Of a stretch of DNA of 64,000 nucleotides, positions 37,357 to 50,410 are shown piece after piece. Origin of the DNA: Amoeboaphelidium protococcarum X5 (taxonomy: Eukaryota; Fungi; Aphelidiomycota); assembly GCA_023515725.1 (NCBI GenBank), contig JALDTO010000009.1:20942-84941 (forward strand), in the 5' to 3' direction. A program made the translations under genes and the position numbers. The stretch's first letter is position 1; each line of letters opens with the position of its first letter. The notes under the pieces were generated by a model. That model was not told the DNA's origin, did not search any database, and worked only from the letters and a program-made list of their open reading frames with translations.

Positions 37357-40179
37357 ATGACCAACTAGTAAAAGCCTATTATAAGATGGGAGTTATCAAG
37401 ATTGCTGTTCGTAGTGGCGGCCGTTGGGTTTCTGCTCGCGCTTTCCTGTTTTGAACTGCAGAGGAGCAGCGACGGCCACTTTCATTCTCAACACACGTTA
37501 AACAACAACAATAACGATATGCCATCCATCATGTACACTGATGTTGACTTTCTGGACAGAGATGTATTGCCTACGAATGTTAAGCCTACTCATTATGACT
37601 TGCATGTGTGGCCCAACTTGGAGACTTTCAAGTTCAATGGTCAAGTCACTATTGATCTTGAAGTGAAGCAGGATTCTAGTGAGATTGTGCTGAATGCCGT
37701 GGAGATTGAGGTTGAAGAGGCGTACCTGCTGGTAGATGGTTCTTCCAAGATTAGTGTTACCAAGGTGTAGAAGATTGAGAAGGAAGAGATTGTCAGATTC
37801 TAGTTGGAGAAGTCTATCACGTCTGGTCAGAAAGTGAAACTGTTTGTGAAATATATTGGCTTGCACAATGACAAGATGGCAGGCTTCTACAGATCTCAGT
37901 ATGAGGATGCTGTTAGTGGTAAGAAGAAGCACCTGGTTGTCACTCAGTTTGAGCCTACTGATGCACGTAAAGCTCTTCCATGTTGGGATGAGCCGTCTCT
38001 GAAGGCCACATTTGACGTTACGATCACCTGTGATGAGAAGTACACTGCTCTGAGTAACATGAATGATATCAGTACTAAGCAGGTTGGAAATGGGTAGAAG
38101 GAGGTGAAGTTCGCCACTTCTCCTATCATGTCTACTTATCTGCTTGCCATGGTTGTCGGTGAGTTGGACTATATTGAGTCTCATACCGCGGATGAATAGA
38201 AGACTCTGGTGCGTGTATTCACCACAAAAGGCCTGTCTGAGGAAGGTAGATTTGCATTGGATACTTGTGTTAAGGTTTTACAGTTCTTTGCCAAGTACTT
38301 TAAGATTGCTTATCCATTGCCAAAGATGGATCTCGTTGCAATTCCTGATTTCAGTGCTGGTGCTATGGAGAATTTCGGTCTGGTCACTTATAGAACTGTG
38401 TACTTGCTGTTCAATGAGAAGTCTAGTGCTGCAAGAGCCAAGCAGAATATTGCGTATGTTGTTAGTCATGAATTGGCTCATCAATGGTTTGGTAATCTAG
38501 TCACTTTTGAGTGGTGGTCTGACCTGTGGCTGAATGAAGGATTTGCTACTTGGGCTGGCTGGTTGGCCACTGATCATGTATTCCCTGACTGGAAGGTGTG
38601 GACTCAGTTTGTGAATGATGACTTTCAACGTGGTTTGAACCTGGACAGTCTCAAGTCTAGTCACCCTATCGAAGTCCCGGTGAAGAATCCTGCTGAGATT
38701 CATCAGATCTTTGACGCCATCAGTTATAGTAAAGGAGCCAGTGTTATCCGCATGTTGGCAAATTATCTGGGTGAGAAGGATTTCCAGACTGGAGTTTGCA
38801 ATTACCTGCAGCAGTTCAAGTATAGAAATGCATAGACTAAAGATTTGTGGGCTGCATTGGAGGCTGCCAGTGGTAAACCCGTTGGAAAGTTGATGACTTC
38901 GTGGACTCGCCAAGTGGGCTATCCAGTTGTCAACGTTGAGGAGGTTGGCGGTGATTCTTCTAAATTGACCTTGCAGCTTAAGCAGTAGCGTTTTCTTGCC
39001 AGCGGTGAAGTTGAGAAGGATAGCCTGTGGTTCATTCCAGTTCAGGTTGTTTCCTCTGCAAATGAAGCTCAGCCTTCCTCTGACATTCTGGATACGAAGG
39101 AAGGTCGAATCACATTGCCAACTACCAGTGCTCAATAGAGTGCTGCCGGATTCTTTTACAAGCTGAACTTTGAGTAGACTGGATTCTATCGCACCAACTA
39201 CGAGACTAAAGCTTTGAGCAACATTGGTGCCGCCATTAAGAATGGTAAATTGAGCAAAAGTGATCGTGTTGGTATTCTTGCTGATGCATTTGCACTTGCA
39301 GAGTCCGGACACACCTCTGTGGTGAATGGATTGAAGCTGCTGGAGAATTTTAAGAGCGAGGATAACTACGTTGTGTGGAATGAGATCGCGGCCGAGTTGG
39401 GCAAGGTTCGCTCAATCTGGTGGTCTGAGCCTAAAGTTGTCACAGATAAGTTGAAGCAACTGTCTCGTAACATGTTTGGTCCTGTGGCAAAGTCTCTAGG
39501 CTGGGAGTATGCAGAGAAGGAGAATCATTTGAAGGCTATGCTTCGTACTCTGGTCATTGGTGTCGCTGGTAAATCTGATGATGCTGATATTATTGCAGAG
39601 TGCAGAAAGAGATTTGATCTGTTCATTGGCGGCAATTAAGAGTCCATCCACCCTAATCTGCGCGGTGCTGTGTTTGCTGTCGTCCTGCGCAATGGTGGAT
39701 TGAAGGAGTATGAGGCGGTGCTAAAGATTTATCAAGAGACTAAAGTTGCTGACCAGAAGCTGGTCGCTCTTGGTGCTCTTGGATCTGCTCAAGATGAGAG
39801 CTTACTGCTGCGTACTCTTGACTTTGGCCTGACTGATTAGGTTCGTCCTCAGGATATCATATACGTCGTGTCTCCTGTTGCTTCCAACACTCAAGGTCGC
39901 AGATTGGCTTGGAAATGGGTCAAGGATAACTGGCAGGTGTTGTATAATCGTTACTACTCTGGATCCATGTCTTTGTTGAGCCGCATTGTGTCCTCTTCCA
40001 CGGAGGATTTCGCTAGTGCAGACATGTATGCCGATGTGGAACAGTTCTTCAATGGCAAGGAGGTGAAGGCTATCAGTCGTGCTATCCAACAGAGTTTGGA
40101 GAAGATTGATACTCATGCCAAGTATTTACAGCGTGATCGTGCAGCAGTTGAGTCTTGGGCTTCTCAGTACACCAACTGA
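37357..40179 (+). CDS. APE2: M1 zinc aminopeptidase (Ape2/puromycin-sensitive type)
   Basis: 940 aa: [37 protein letters not shown]...[20 protein letters not shown]; hydrophobic N-terminal leader. Confidence 0.95.
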
Positions 40180-40306
40180 GAAAGAGAGTTAGAAAATTGC
40201 TTATTTACTAAGGCTTATCAATCATGAGTATTTATGAAAACTGGCAAGCAGAGTTAATAAAACTGCGGTAGTATTCAAACATATTTACACTTTTCATTCA
40301 AAAGTA

Positions 40307-41899
40307 TCAATTGTCTTAATTCTCTTGATCTTCCTCTACGGTGAGATGCGCCAGCTCCTAAATCATTCCAAAACTGTTCAACTTGCTGATATTGTCATTA
40401 ACAGTGACAGCATCACCATGCATAGGCAGAACGCTAACACTGCTCATTGTCTGCTTCGTTATACTACTCAAATGTATATTAAATGGCGAAGAGACCAGAT
40501 TTCCAACTTGATCTGAAGACGTGATGGGACTTGATTACTACGGCACTTGACCGCGTCCTTACGTGTGAACATTTCCGTAATTCTTCAACCACTGAGGAGT
40601 CGCCGGCAGTTCAGTCAACACTTTCTAAGCTACCACCTGTCTGGATGCCTTCTCAAACTCCAATTTCTCCAATTCAAATCTCTCGCGCTCCTTACCAAGC
40701 TTGAGAGCAGCCTCTGTAAACTTTACTCTTTCACGTTCAAGCTATTCGCGTTGGGCATTTAGAGTCTCAACCATCTGCTTCGTCTACTCAGAATCAACAT
40801 TATCAGCAACTGGATTACTCTACATAGGGGAACGCTTGGTAGCAGACCTCCCAAATTTGGTCAAGGAAGTGTCCAACAACTAAGCCTGCTCATCTATGAG
40901 ATGCTTCAATTCTTCAATCTAGGACTGCAAGATTTGAATCTGCTCATTCTTCAACTAACCTTCTTACGTGATAACATTCACCTTCTTTTCGTACTCAGTC
41001 AGACGAATCTTCAGCTCTTCAAAAGCAACTTCAAACGCCTATTAGATATTATCTTTACTAACACAGGCTGGTAATTACAAATAACTTTTTACAACTGATT
41101 TCAGAATGTCGGATGACTGTTGGTCTTCAATCAAAATAGATTATATCAATTGAAACACCAACACCAATTACTGTCTGAGATAATTGATCTACTCCAGAAG
41201 CTCGCCTTTAGTACTCTCCATACTTTATATGATTTACTATGCCACCTCATTAGCGATTACGGACTTATCCTTCTACAACTGCGAACCAAAATGGCGCGTA
41301 CCAGCATCAAGTCCATCTACAACTTTAACATCAAACTTTTGTGCCTTCATGCCATCAGTCACAGTCTTCTGATACAAATTCTTCACTTTCAAATACTCAG
41401 TCTCCTTCTTCTTCAATTCATGAGCATAAGTTGACTTTACATTCACAAGAGATTACTTGCATAGGCGTAGTTCATCCTTCAGAGTGGCGACTGATTTCTC
41501 CAGTTATTTCGCGCCCGCCTGAGAAATGGCCAATTTTTATCGGAGCTGAAACAGTTCTCGTTCCGCGTCGTCCAGTCGCCTTTACAGCGCAGCATTCTTC
41601 CCCTCAAGGACACTCTGAGACTATTACAGGGCCACCAGGTGTGATTTCTCTGCACTTCTAGAGGAGTGATAATGTTCACTATTTATTTGTGTCAGTAAGT
41701 GGTCCAGAACATTCACCAGCACTGGATCATTTAAAGAATTCTTGTCAATATGAAGAAGTTCTTGGTCATTGCTATTAATTAAAAATTGGTTCACAGCATC
41801 TACCACTTTCGATTGGGAAGTATCAACCCTTTACTAGTCATCTTTTGTTGGAGTACTCACCAAAGCTCCTTTTCCATTTTAAGAACTTGCACCACTCAT
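40307..41899 (-). CDS. Uncharacterised coiled-coil protein (~530 aa)
   Basis: Single frame under TAR=Gln; E/Q/K/L-rich heptad-like stretches with an S-rich C-terminus. No family recognised. Confidence 0.6.
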
Positions 41900-42499
41900 T
41901 GTAATTGATATTTCAACAAATTCAAAAGGTGAAAAGCTTTAATAATATGAACAATGGCAAAGACAGTTGGATGAATGACTTCGCCACTAGTGCGCAGAAA
42001 GAACAACTGAAACGCGTCCACCATGTCTTTGTGAAACGATAGCTGTAGCTGTAGCTTGCATTTTACTGTTCAAACCACTATAAGGTACAGTAACACGATT
42101 CTTTAGCTCACCGTCGCATACAAGAGAATGCTCTATTAATTAATATATGTTCACTTTATTGAATAGAGTGCATTAGTGTAAATATATAAAATACTACAAC
42201 GATAAAACTTTTCATGGATGTGCTGTAAACACTTGGCAGCGCTATTCAACAAGCTCTTTCTCGAAGTAAACGCAATGATGACCATATAACGCATCATTCA
42301 TATAGGGAAATCACTTTAAAGTAAATTTCAGTAAATACAACAAATCAGCGGCAAAGGTCATTAACACCATTTAGCAATCTTCACGCGATGCGCTTACAAT
42401 TGCAATTCGACAATTCCACAACTCCATATCCCAGATGCACTACGGCTATCATTTCTACTAGATTACAACGCTTGCCGAGACAGTATTGTTGGGGTAACT

Positions 42500-42736
42500 A
42501 AATGGACCACAAAAATCCATGGTAATCTTTGACCGGTGCTCCAGACTTAAACCATTATTGTAAAAAACATTTCTACAACAGCACGGTGATTTCTTTCAAT
42601 TTTACAACACCTAGAGGAAGGAAACCATTTTCAAGAGAGTAAATTATCCAGCAAGGCGAATGCTCTTAATCTTCATCCTAGTACAACTTTGACATTCATT
42701 GCAGTGCTTAGTTATGTCCTTGATTAGATCTTTCCA
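42500..42736 (-). mobile_element. Retroelement-type integrase remnants
   Basis: WKDLIKDITKHCNECQSCTRMKIKSIRLAGQFTLL (42736-42632, Zn-binding CxxC region) and ITMDFCGPF (42526-42500, first catalytic Asp region). Confidence 0.72.
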
Positions 42737-43213
42737 GATTGTATTGAGCGGATAATGTCCGGTAGAGCAACTTTTATCTAGTCAGTATATATGCGCTACA
42801 AAGCATTTTGAAAGACGGCAGAGTTCAGATCCAAACGTTATACTCCCAATAGTCGCTCAAGGGCCACCAGCTAACGCAGAACCTCTTCTTTTCCTGCGTT
42901 TTCGTAAATTGCCACCAATTGCAGAGCATACTGTGAGTATTGATTTTACTCTAGGCTTTAAGAGTCATCATCGGGAACAGGAGAAAATCAGATCAGAACC
43001 TTGTTGACGAAGAATCACGTCATCAGTCGTCATTCATGATACCTGGAGCAGTTTATTTGTCATATTGTGCCACAAGCACCTCATACTTTTAGATATTCAT
43101 ATCGACGCAATCAGACAGAGTATTGATAGTCATCTGATCGTGGAATCCTCCTTAATATGAAGCAGCAAAAAACTCAGATAGTCATTCGCTTCCTCATTGG
43201 CCATTTATTCTAT

Positions 43214-43740
43214 GAGGAAAGTATTGCGCCCCATGTGACTAAGACGTAATAGACTTTAACTAAAATTCGAGTTAACCAGTCGAATAAAGTCTTGCTCGTT
43301 CATGATTTCAGTATTTATACATGCGTCGCGCCTCCTCTACAATAATCTACTACTAGAAGGCGCTTTGCCATCTTTACGCCAAGCGCTTACTGCACCTTTA
43401 TGACACCTCAGATTGGTCCATTTGCAGTAGTTCCAGCCATCTCTCCAGCACATGTACCCGCATCACGGAAATTCTTCTGATCATAGCCTTGTATGCACGA
43501 TGTCTTGGTGAGCAGCATACACAAATGAGAGCCTGGAATATGTACACTACTCATTTGTGCCAGAATGGAACTTCTTTAGAGAAATTCTTCTGAAATTGAC
43601 ATGCAATATCATAGAATACCGAGAGAAATCAGAGAATCATCCAACTTCTATAGAACATTCTTTAAAGCTATTTCTCCGTAATCAAAGTCTTGCCTTGTGA
43701 ATGATTGATATCTACTGGAGAAAGTGGATGAGCAGGGACA
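43214..43740 (-). mobile_element. Kyakuja-Dileera-Zisupton (KDZ) transposase pseudogene fragment
   Basis: Frameshifted segments in KDZ order: FDYGEIALKNVL...VFYDIACQFQK (FYDIACQ at 43616-43596)...SCIQGYDQKNFRDAGTCAGEMA...NSNFSQSLLRLSHM. Confidence 0.68.
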
Positions 43741-44255
43741 TCCATTGGTTTGAGAGCGGACTACCAGCAGTACAGTACAGTAGATTTCTGCATTACAGAC
43801 AAACTTGAGTGATAATGTATTAAATGAATATCCACCAAACCATTTTCAGAAGGTAGCATTCGCCATAGGTAGCTATACGGAGTCTTTTAAACTCATTTAT
43901 CAACTAGAACTGTCTTGTGTTGGTCTACAGTTATTCCTCAGCTAAAGTGGCCATTCTTCTTCATTCGCCATTTAAAAAAAACATTCTGCCATGTCTCGCC
44001 ATAAAACTTTAATTTCCATTCTAACCAAAGCGTCTAATAAACGCGATAATAGCCGCCTGGCTGACTGTATTACTGTACTCAAGTTCTACTACCTATCGCT
44101 AACTCGCATAGAAATTACTGGAGAATTGATCGATCGAACACGTTTTCTTCGCGCGTTATTTCAATTAGCTTCTCTCTTCACCTACAGTGTTCCATCTCAT
44201 CCCTTAATCAAATAATAACTGACCATATTCATCGTCTATATTATTTGATATTGAG

Positions 44256-45875
44256 ATGACCAAAATTTTGATAGTTGGTAGTCTTATTGATTCAAGTTAG
44301 ACTCTATACAGTGAATTTATATCGAAATTGGAAAAGATTAATGAAAAGTATGGACCGTTTGATTTGATAATCAGTCTTGGTGATCCTGGCAATCATCTGT
44401 GCACCTACGATGGGAAGCTCTGTATATATTCGTGTCAACCTAGGCTCGCAGTACAATCTTCGTCTCAATCGTAGGCCCAATCGAGTTTTGTGAATGAAAA
44501 CATTATTTAATTTGTCGGTAATGGTGTATTTTAGTCTGCTGAAGGCGTATAATTGGCGTATCAGTTTATGAATTGTGGTGATCAGATGGAATTTTAATTC
44601 AGTAATCGCCCCGGTGTAAATTTTGATATTCTTCTTACTTAACAATGGCCTTCAGAGATTAATAAAAAGTCTAGAAAGATGGTGGATTTTGTTCATTCTG
44701 ATGACAAGGCGTCTAATAATGCACTACGCGTCATGTAGTAATGCAGATCAAAGTATGTGTTCAGTGATGGTCAGAATGTGTTCTATGAACGAGAACCTTT
44801 TTATTACGATGAGAATGATCAATTTACTAATACTAGATTTATTGGACTGGGTAAGTATGGTAATAACGAAAAGTAGAGATGGTTCTACGCGTTCACAGTC
44901 TCAAAGACATCCGGTGCTCAGGTACCTGCTGATATTACTCCATCCCCATATTCTTCATAAAGAGCCAAGAGAAATCTAACACAAGCAACAGGTGGTGTGA
45001 ATAATACAGATAATAAGGCAGCTACTGCTACTAGTACTTCCTCCGCAGATTAGCGAAAGAAGCCTCGGCCGGGATACATTTGTAAGATCTGCAAGTCTAC
45101 AGAGCACTTCATCCAGGATTGTCCGTAAAAGTCTTAGCGTCTAGGTGCACCTTCAACTAAAGTGATTGATGTTTAGAAGTGTTGGTTCTGCCTTAGTAAT
45201 CCTGATATTGAATCTCATTTGATTGTCAGCATTGGGAAGTATTACTATGTGGCTCTTCCGAAAGGTCCTCTCTGCAAGAATCATGTTTTGATTATTCCCA
45301 TCGCTCATTAGAGTAGTCTGTTATCTCCTTTGAGTAGTAGTAGTAGTAGTAGTAGCATTGGTAGTACCGAGAATGGCGATGGTGATGATGATGATAGAAA
45401 AGCATAAGAACTTGAGCTTTAAAAGTATATGCTTTCCATCACGTAAATGTATAACAATCTCAAGCAGACAGCCGTATTTCTAGAGATCAATTACAGGACG
45501 TAACATTCATTTGTATAATGCATACCTATTGCCGAGGAATAGATGGATGAGGATCGATTAGTTAAGCTGTACAATGACCAGCTGTAAGCTCTGTATGGAC
45601 AAGATGCAACCATGGTAGAGTCGACGGCTAATTCTTAATCTCCATCACCATTATGTGATAGTTATATTGCATTACGTTTAGCCTCAACTGGTAAAATGTA
45701 CATTTATCGCTTCCAACACCGTTTTGAGGTTAATCTTGGACGCGCCGTGATGGCCAAGTTTATTGGTGCTGAAAAGAAGTCAGATTGGCGAGAGTGTGTC
45801 TATAAAAAGCATTTAGAGGTTCAACTAGCAGAAGATTTTAAATCATAATTCCAATAGTATGACTTTACATTGTGA
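44256..45875 (+). CDS. CWF19L1: CWF19-like protein 1 (Drn1, lariat-debranching cofactor)
   Basis: KYGPFDLIISLGD, FYEREPFY, TRFIGLGKYG...RWFYAF, Zn knuckle YICKICKSTEHFIQDC, CWFCLSNPDIESHLIVSIG...LPKGPL...HVLIIPIAH, DWREC, YDFT. Confidence 0.92.
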
Positions 45876-45972
45876 TGATTTTAACGAAATAATCTATATC
45901 AGTATATATTCATTCAATCATTCTATAATAGTGTTACATTTCATACAAATGATTTACAATTGATCTCATCAT

Positions 45973-46878
45973 TCATTCCAGGCGCATTGATGCTGCAGTT
46001 GGTACAATCCATCTTCTGAATGAAGATATGCGAGTATAAACGCCAGGAACATTACGAGCACAACCGCGTCCCCAGCTAACAATACCGACAAGGACAGTTC
46101 TATTCGATGATGCATCTTGGTGAATCAAACTAGATCCACTGTCTCCTTGGCATGCGTCAAAGTTACGTCTACCTCCGGCACACATCATACTTTCTGACAC
46201 TCTACTACCCAGCTACTCTTTGCAGTACTGATGATTTACAATAGGGAGTTCAACTTCACGCAGAACCTCAGACATTTCACCGCCTTCATACGTGGCACCA
46301 AAGCCAATAGCACTAACAGTTGTGCCCTCTGATTCAGAGAGTGTGCCATCATCAAGCTAGATAAGAGACTTTGATACAACAGCTGACGAATCTTTAGGAA
46401 TCAATTTCCACAGTGCAATGTCATTGGCCAGAATAGCGAGATTAAAATCTGGATGAATAACTATTTTAGTCACTTTAAATTCAACGCCATCCTCTTCAGC
46501 AGAAGATTTTGTCAGATTATGGCGATGTAGTTAAACTCTCAGTTAATCCAGAGGGATTCCGTATACACTGCAATGACCAGCGGTGATGAGAATATCTTTG
46601 TCCAAAAGAGTTCCGCCGCAGATGTGGTTGCCAAGAGGGTCTGAGATGGCAGCAAGGAAATTGCCGTATTTGAACTTTGGATTCACTTCTTTACCACCCA
46701 CAATTTTGATACGCTGCTTACCATCTTCTTCACCAGTTAAGGACGCAGATAAATCTTCCTCTAACAATAAAGGAGTCCGAGTTAGAACGAGTTACTCTTC
46801 CAACAGATCAGCGACTGGGCGCGCACAAACTTGAAACAGAGCCAGGATGAGCAGTGAAAAGATATACATAAAGTTCAT
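45973..46878 (-). CDS. Secreted trypsin-like serine protease (S1A)
   Basis: Signal peptide + propeptide, IVGG, TAGHC, NDIAL, DACQGDSGS, VGIVSWGRGCA, PGVYTRIS. Confidence 0.93.
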
Positions 46879-47101
46879 ACCTTAATAATACAGTAGATAC
46901 TTATAATGCCAAGTAATGAGAATTTAATAATTATGAGATGGATGGTAATAAAGAGAATTCCACAGCAAGCATGCCAAGTCACTCCGTCACTAAGCGAATC
47001 GTGTTCGCATCGCAGCACTAAGCAATCGCCATGACGACAACAAAGACCAGCTATAATATTCCAGCTCCAATTATTAACGCGTAAATTAACAAGAATTTTC
47101 A

Positions 47102-50059
47102 TCATTTTAGTATAATCTGGTCAAGAATATTCTTTCGAGTCACAATCCAAGCTACCATTTACAACAGATCCAGTTTTAAATCTTGATTCTAGTCTTGAAG
47201 ATCAACGAGCCAAGTTTCCAGCTATTCTACAACTGCTGGGAGTGAGGCCTTCTGTCTGAGCCATGCGGCGCGAAAAGCTTTTAAACATAGCCATTTTATA
47301 TCGTATTCTTTGAGGTAGAACGTGCATGAATTTCTGCGAGCCACAGGAGATTGGACTCTACCCAAAATAATAGAGACTGCTGCGATTTACACTTTCCATA
47401 ACTAAGTGCACATGAACTTCTCATTTCTCTGTCCAGACGTTCGATTAAGACACCGCACGTAGATTAGTATTTTGAGTCCGATGATGAGCATATTTTCAAA
47501 AATATTCATCGCCACAGTCTATACACCATTCAAACTGCAATCAAAGTAAATACATAAGCTTTTGGGTCGCACGTACTGCACCAGTTTGTCAAAGGCCCTG
47601 TCGCCAGGATTCTGGTCATAGTTCACGCTCAGAGTATCAGATAGATTACTCCCAAAGTATCTATTCATATCAATACTGACATTCAAATCGCCAACTTGAA
47701 TGATATGTCCACAAAATGACACTTCTTGAAGGGTAGAAGAGTGCTCATCCATATCCAAACAATTGGTGCCAGTCTTTTGCGGATTCATATACACTCCATA
47801 ATCCGGAAATCCAATCTAGATTCGACTCAAATAGCCTTAAGCTAATGCTTTGTCAAATGTCAGATACAAAAAATCATCAATAAACTTAATCAGAAGCGAA
47901 TCTGATCTTCTTGTGAAAGTAAACAGTTCATCTAGAGCCAAATGAGAGTATAGCAAAGAGCATAACAAACTCGATACAATCGAACCTTGAGGAATACCTT
48001 CTTCTTGCACGTAATATTCATCTTCAAACTACAGAATGTTGTCATAGATAAGCTGCTCAATAGCTTTAAATATATCTGCGCCCGACACCTTCTTCTACTA
48101 CACTTTATCAATAAACACCTTGTTCGCGATAGTCTTGGCCAACTCTTTACAAAATTCTGGGAACGTCTGATGTTATTCAGCTCTTATCGACACTTTATGA
48201 TAAAGCTTTCGAAACTAACGCAGAAGGCATAGCTACAGCTACCGTTAGTATCCATGTATGATAAACTCTGAATCCTATCGAAATACTTACTCCAACACAC
48301 AGAACAACTTTTGTCGATTAATAGAGTCATAAGCAGAAGTCACGTCACTCTTTACGAAATACAGCTAATCTCCTCTTTGTAATCTAGCCTTATTTCTCAT
48401 TTTAAATTACTTCAGCCGGGCATAGATATCATCATTACTTAGCACAATCTCCTTCAACAGGTCAATCTAACCATAATTCTTTTCCGATAATAGAATACAC
48501 TGAGCATCACTTAACAGACCATACATTTACTTGTTGTTGTTGTTGTTGACACTGCGCAAATTATTGATCCTCCTAAAGCTTCCATTCTCCTTCGGTATAA
48601 GGCGTATCTAACTCATAAACTTCCTTCCTGTATTGATTTAGCCCATGCCGATAGCATGCAAATTCTTAATACTACTTTGAGCCTCATTCATTCTCCGCCA
48701 TAAATCAAATCTATAATAGAATACTCTGTTCTTGCAATGCGATGTATCAGTGATAAAGAAGCAAGCTTTAAGTAGATCACTGACAAAACGGTTCAACAGC
48801 CATTGAAACAGACTGGAGCATAACTACTAGAGCTTTTAGTGTTCCAACTTATTAACAACTTTGGGCTAAGTATTTAACTTAGATCTGAGCCACATAATCT
48901 TACTAGATTTAATGCCTTTAACAAAAAAAGAAGCTTCCGGCATAGACTCAAACTTGCGCAGATTCAACAGCATACCTACAGCATTGTCCACAAACGCATT
49001 CAAATTCTCCATTCCACCAAAAAAATTACAACTAAACACTTTAATCAAAACACAACGAACAAACTGCTTAACGTCATGTGGTCGAGAATAATCGTTCAAA
49101 GTCAAGCCACCAGAGCTTGATTGTGCTGGACAATACTGCTTTAGCAAGAGGAGAAGAGGGAGCTTTCGCAGCTTTTATCGCGCCTTGGTAAACACTTATC
49201 CATACGCTTTTAATCGCCACTTTCCAGATTTGGCAAATGATTCCTGAGGAAATACTATTGTCAAAAACTTTTTCATATTTGATAAGTCAATCGTTCGTTA
49301 ATAACGGCCATGATAGAATTTCCCTCTATACATCAAGTCTTTTCGAACATTCAATCGATAATTGAGATGAGTAGATGAGAATGAATTAGGTGGAACGGTC
49401 TTCGCTTTAGCATCTGCCAATACCATGCAAGACTTTGTATCATCACAAATATCAATAATCATATCAGAGGTGTGTGACATGGTTTCCGCAGTAGATTGAT
49501 CATCAATATCACTCAAACTTGAAGAATCAATTAAAGGCAACTAAAACCCGTCTAATTCACCCAGAATTTGACTCTAATCAATAGCTACCGCTGAGTCTTA
49601 TCGAGCCGAAGCAACCAATTATTATTATTATTATTATTATTAAGATGGAGTCTTAAATGGTACACCACTCAATTGAACATAATTACCATTCTACAATTTG
49701 AGCATCAGCTAGCAGTGAGAGAGTATAATGAACATCAGACGCGCTCCGACACGCTGAAACAATTCGCAGAGGCCCGCGTGTCTTCGAACGAACATTGCAG
49801 TGGAATTGAATTTCAAAGTCACAACATCCCCAAGAATACTCAACTTACAGCCAAGGCTCAGAATATTATTCTTCTGGCGTTCTCTCAAACTATAATAAAT
49901 GACTTAATCCAAAAGATCATTCCAAGTGCAAATTTCAGAGAGATCACAACATATTTTCAAATCTCTACAAAAGTTGAACACCACAAAGTCTTTAATTCCA
50001 ACGGCATTCTCATCAATGTCCACATTAAAGTGGATACGAAGAAATGTAGCAATGTCCAT
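47102..50059 (-). CDS. TERT: Telomerase reverse transcriptase
   Basis: Intronless, 985 aa: TEN (NNILSLG, NGNYVQLSGVP), T motif (FFITD...NRVFYYR..LW), motifs 1-2 (IRLIPKENGSFRRINN), A (FVKSDVTSAYDSI), B' (GIPQGSIVSSLLC), C (KFIDDFLY), D (GFPDYGVYMNPQKT), E-like (FCG). Confidence 0.93.
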
Positions 50060-50410
50060 ATTATGTCTCACTATTCAGTACTTAGCTGATAACTAGAATG
50101 ACTGAGTTGTAATTGAAAAGGAATGGCTGAAACAGCAAAGAATCTTTCTACGCCTGCTCTTCTTTATTCATTCAGCACCCGCTTCGACACCCAAGTTCCA
50201 AGAACGACACGCGCTTTTGTCGTCGCTCTTCTATTCCGCTCTTGTTCTCTTGTTGGTTTCTTCTTCTCTACAGTATTCACTCCCAATGACATTGTTCACT
50301 TTTAGGCACCAAGTCACGTTCTCCTTCTTATTGTTTACTCCAAGAGCCAGAGTTTCAAACCTATAAATTTAAGTTGAATAATAGCAATTTTAAGAGTCTG
50401 TAACACAATA

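Noticed and set aside
37498-40116. Long minus-strand ORFs (228, 271 and 104 aa)
   Set aside because: Antisense to the aminopeptidase, with no recognisable motifs.
45333-45356. (AGT)n run as another TAG polyQ tract
   Set aside because: In the CWF19L1 frame it reads AGT (poly-Ser).
47102-50059. RT motifs as a retrotransposon
   Set aside because: TEN and T motifs are present and endonuclease, RNase H and integrase are absent, identifying it as telomerase.
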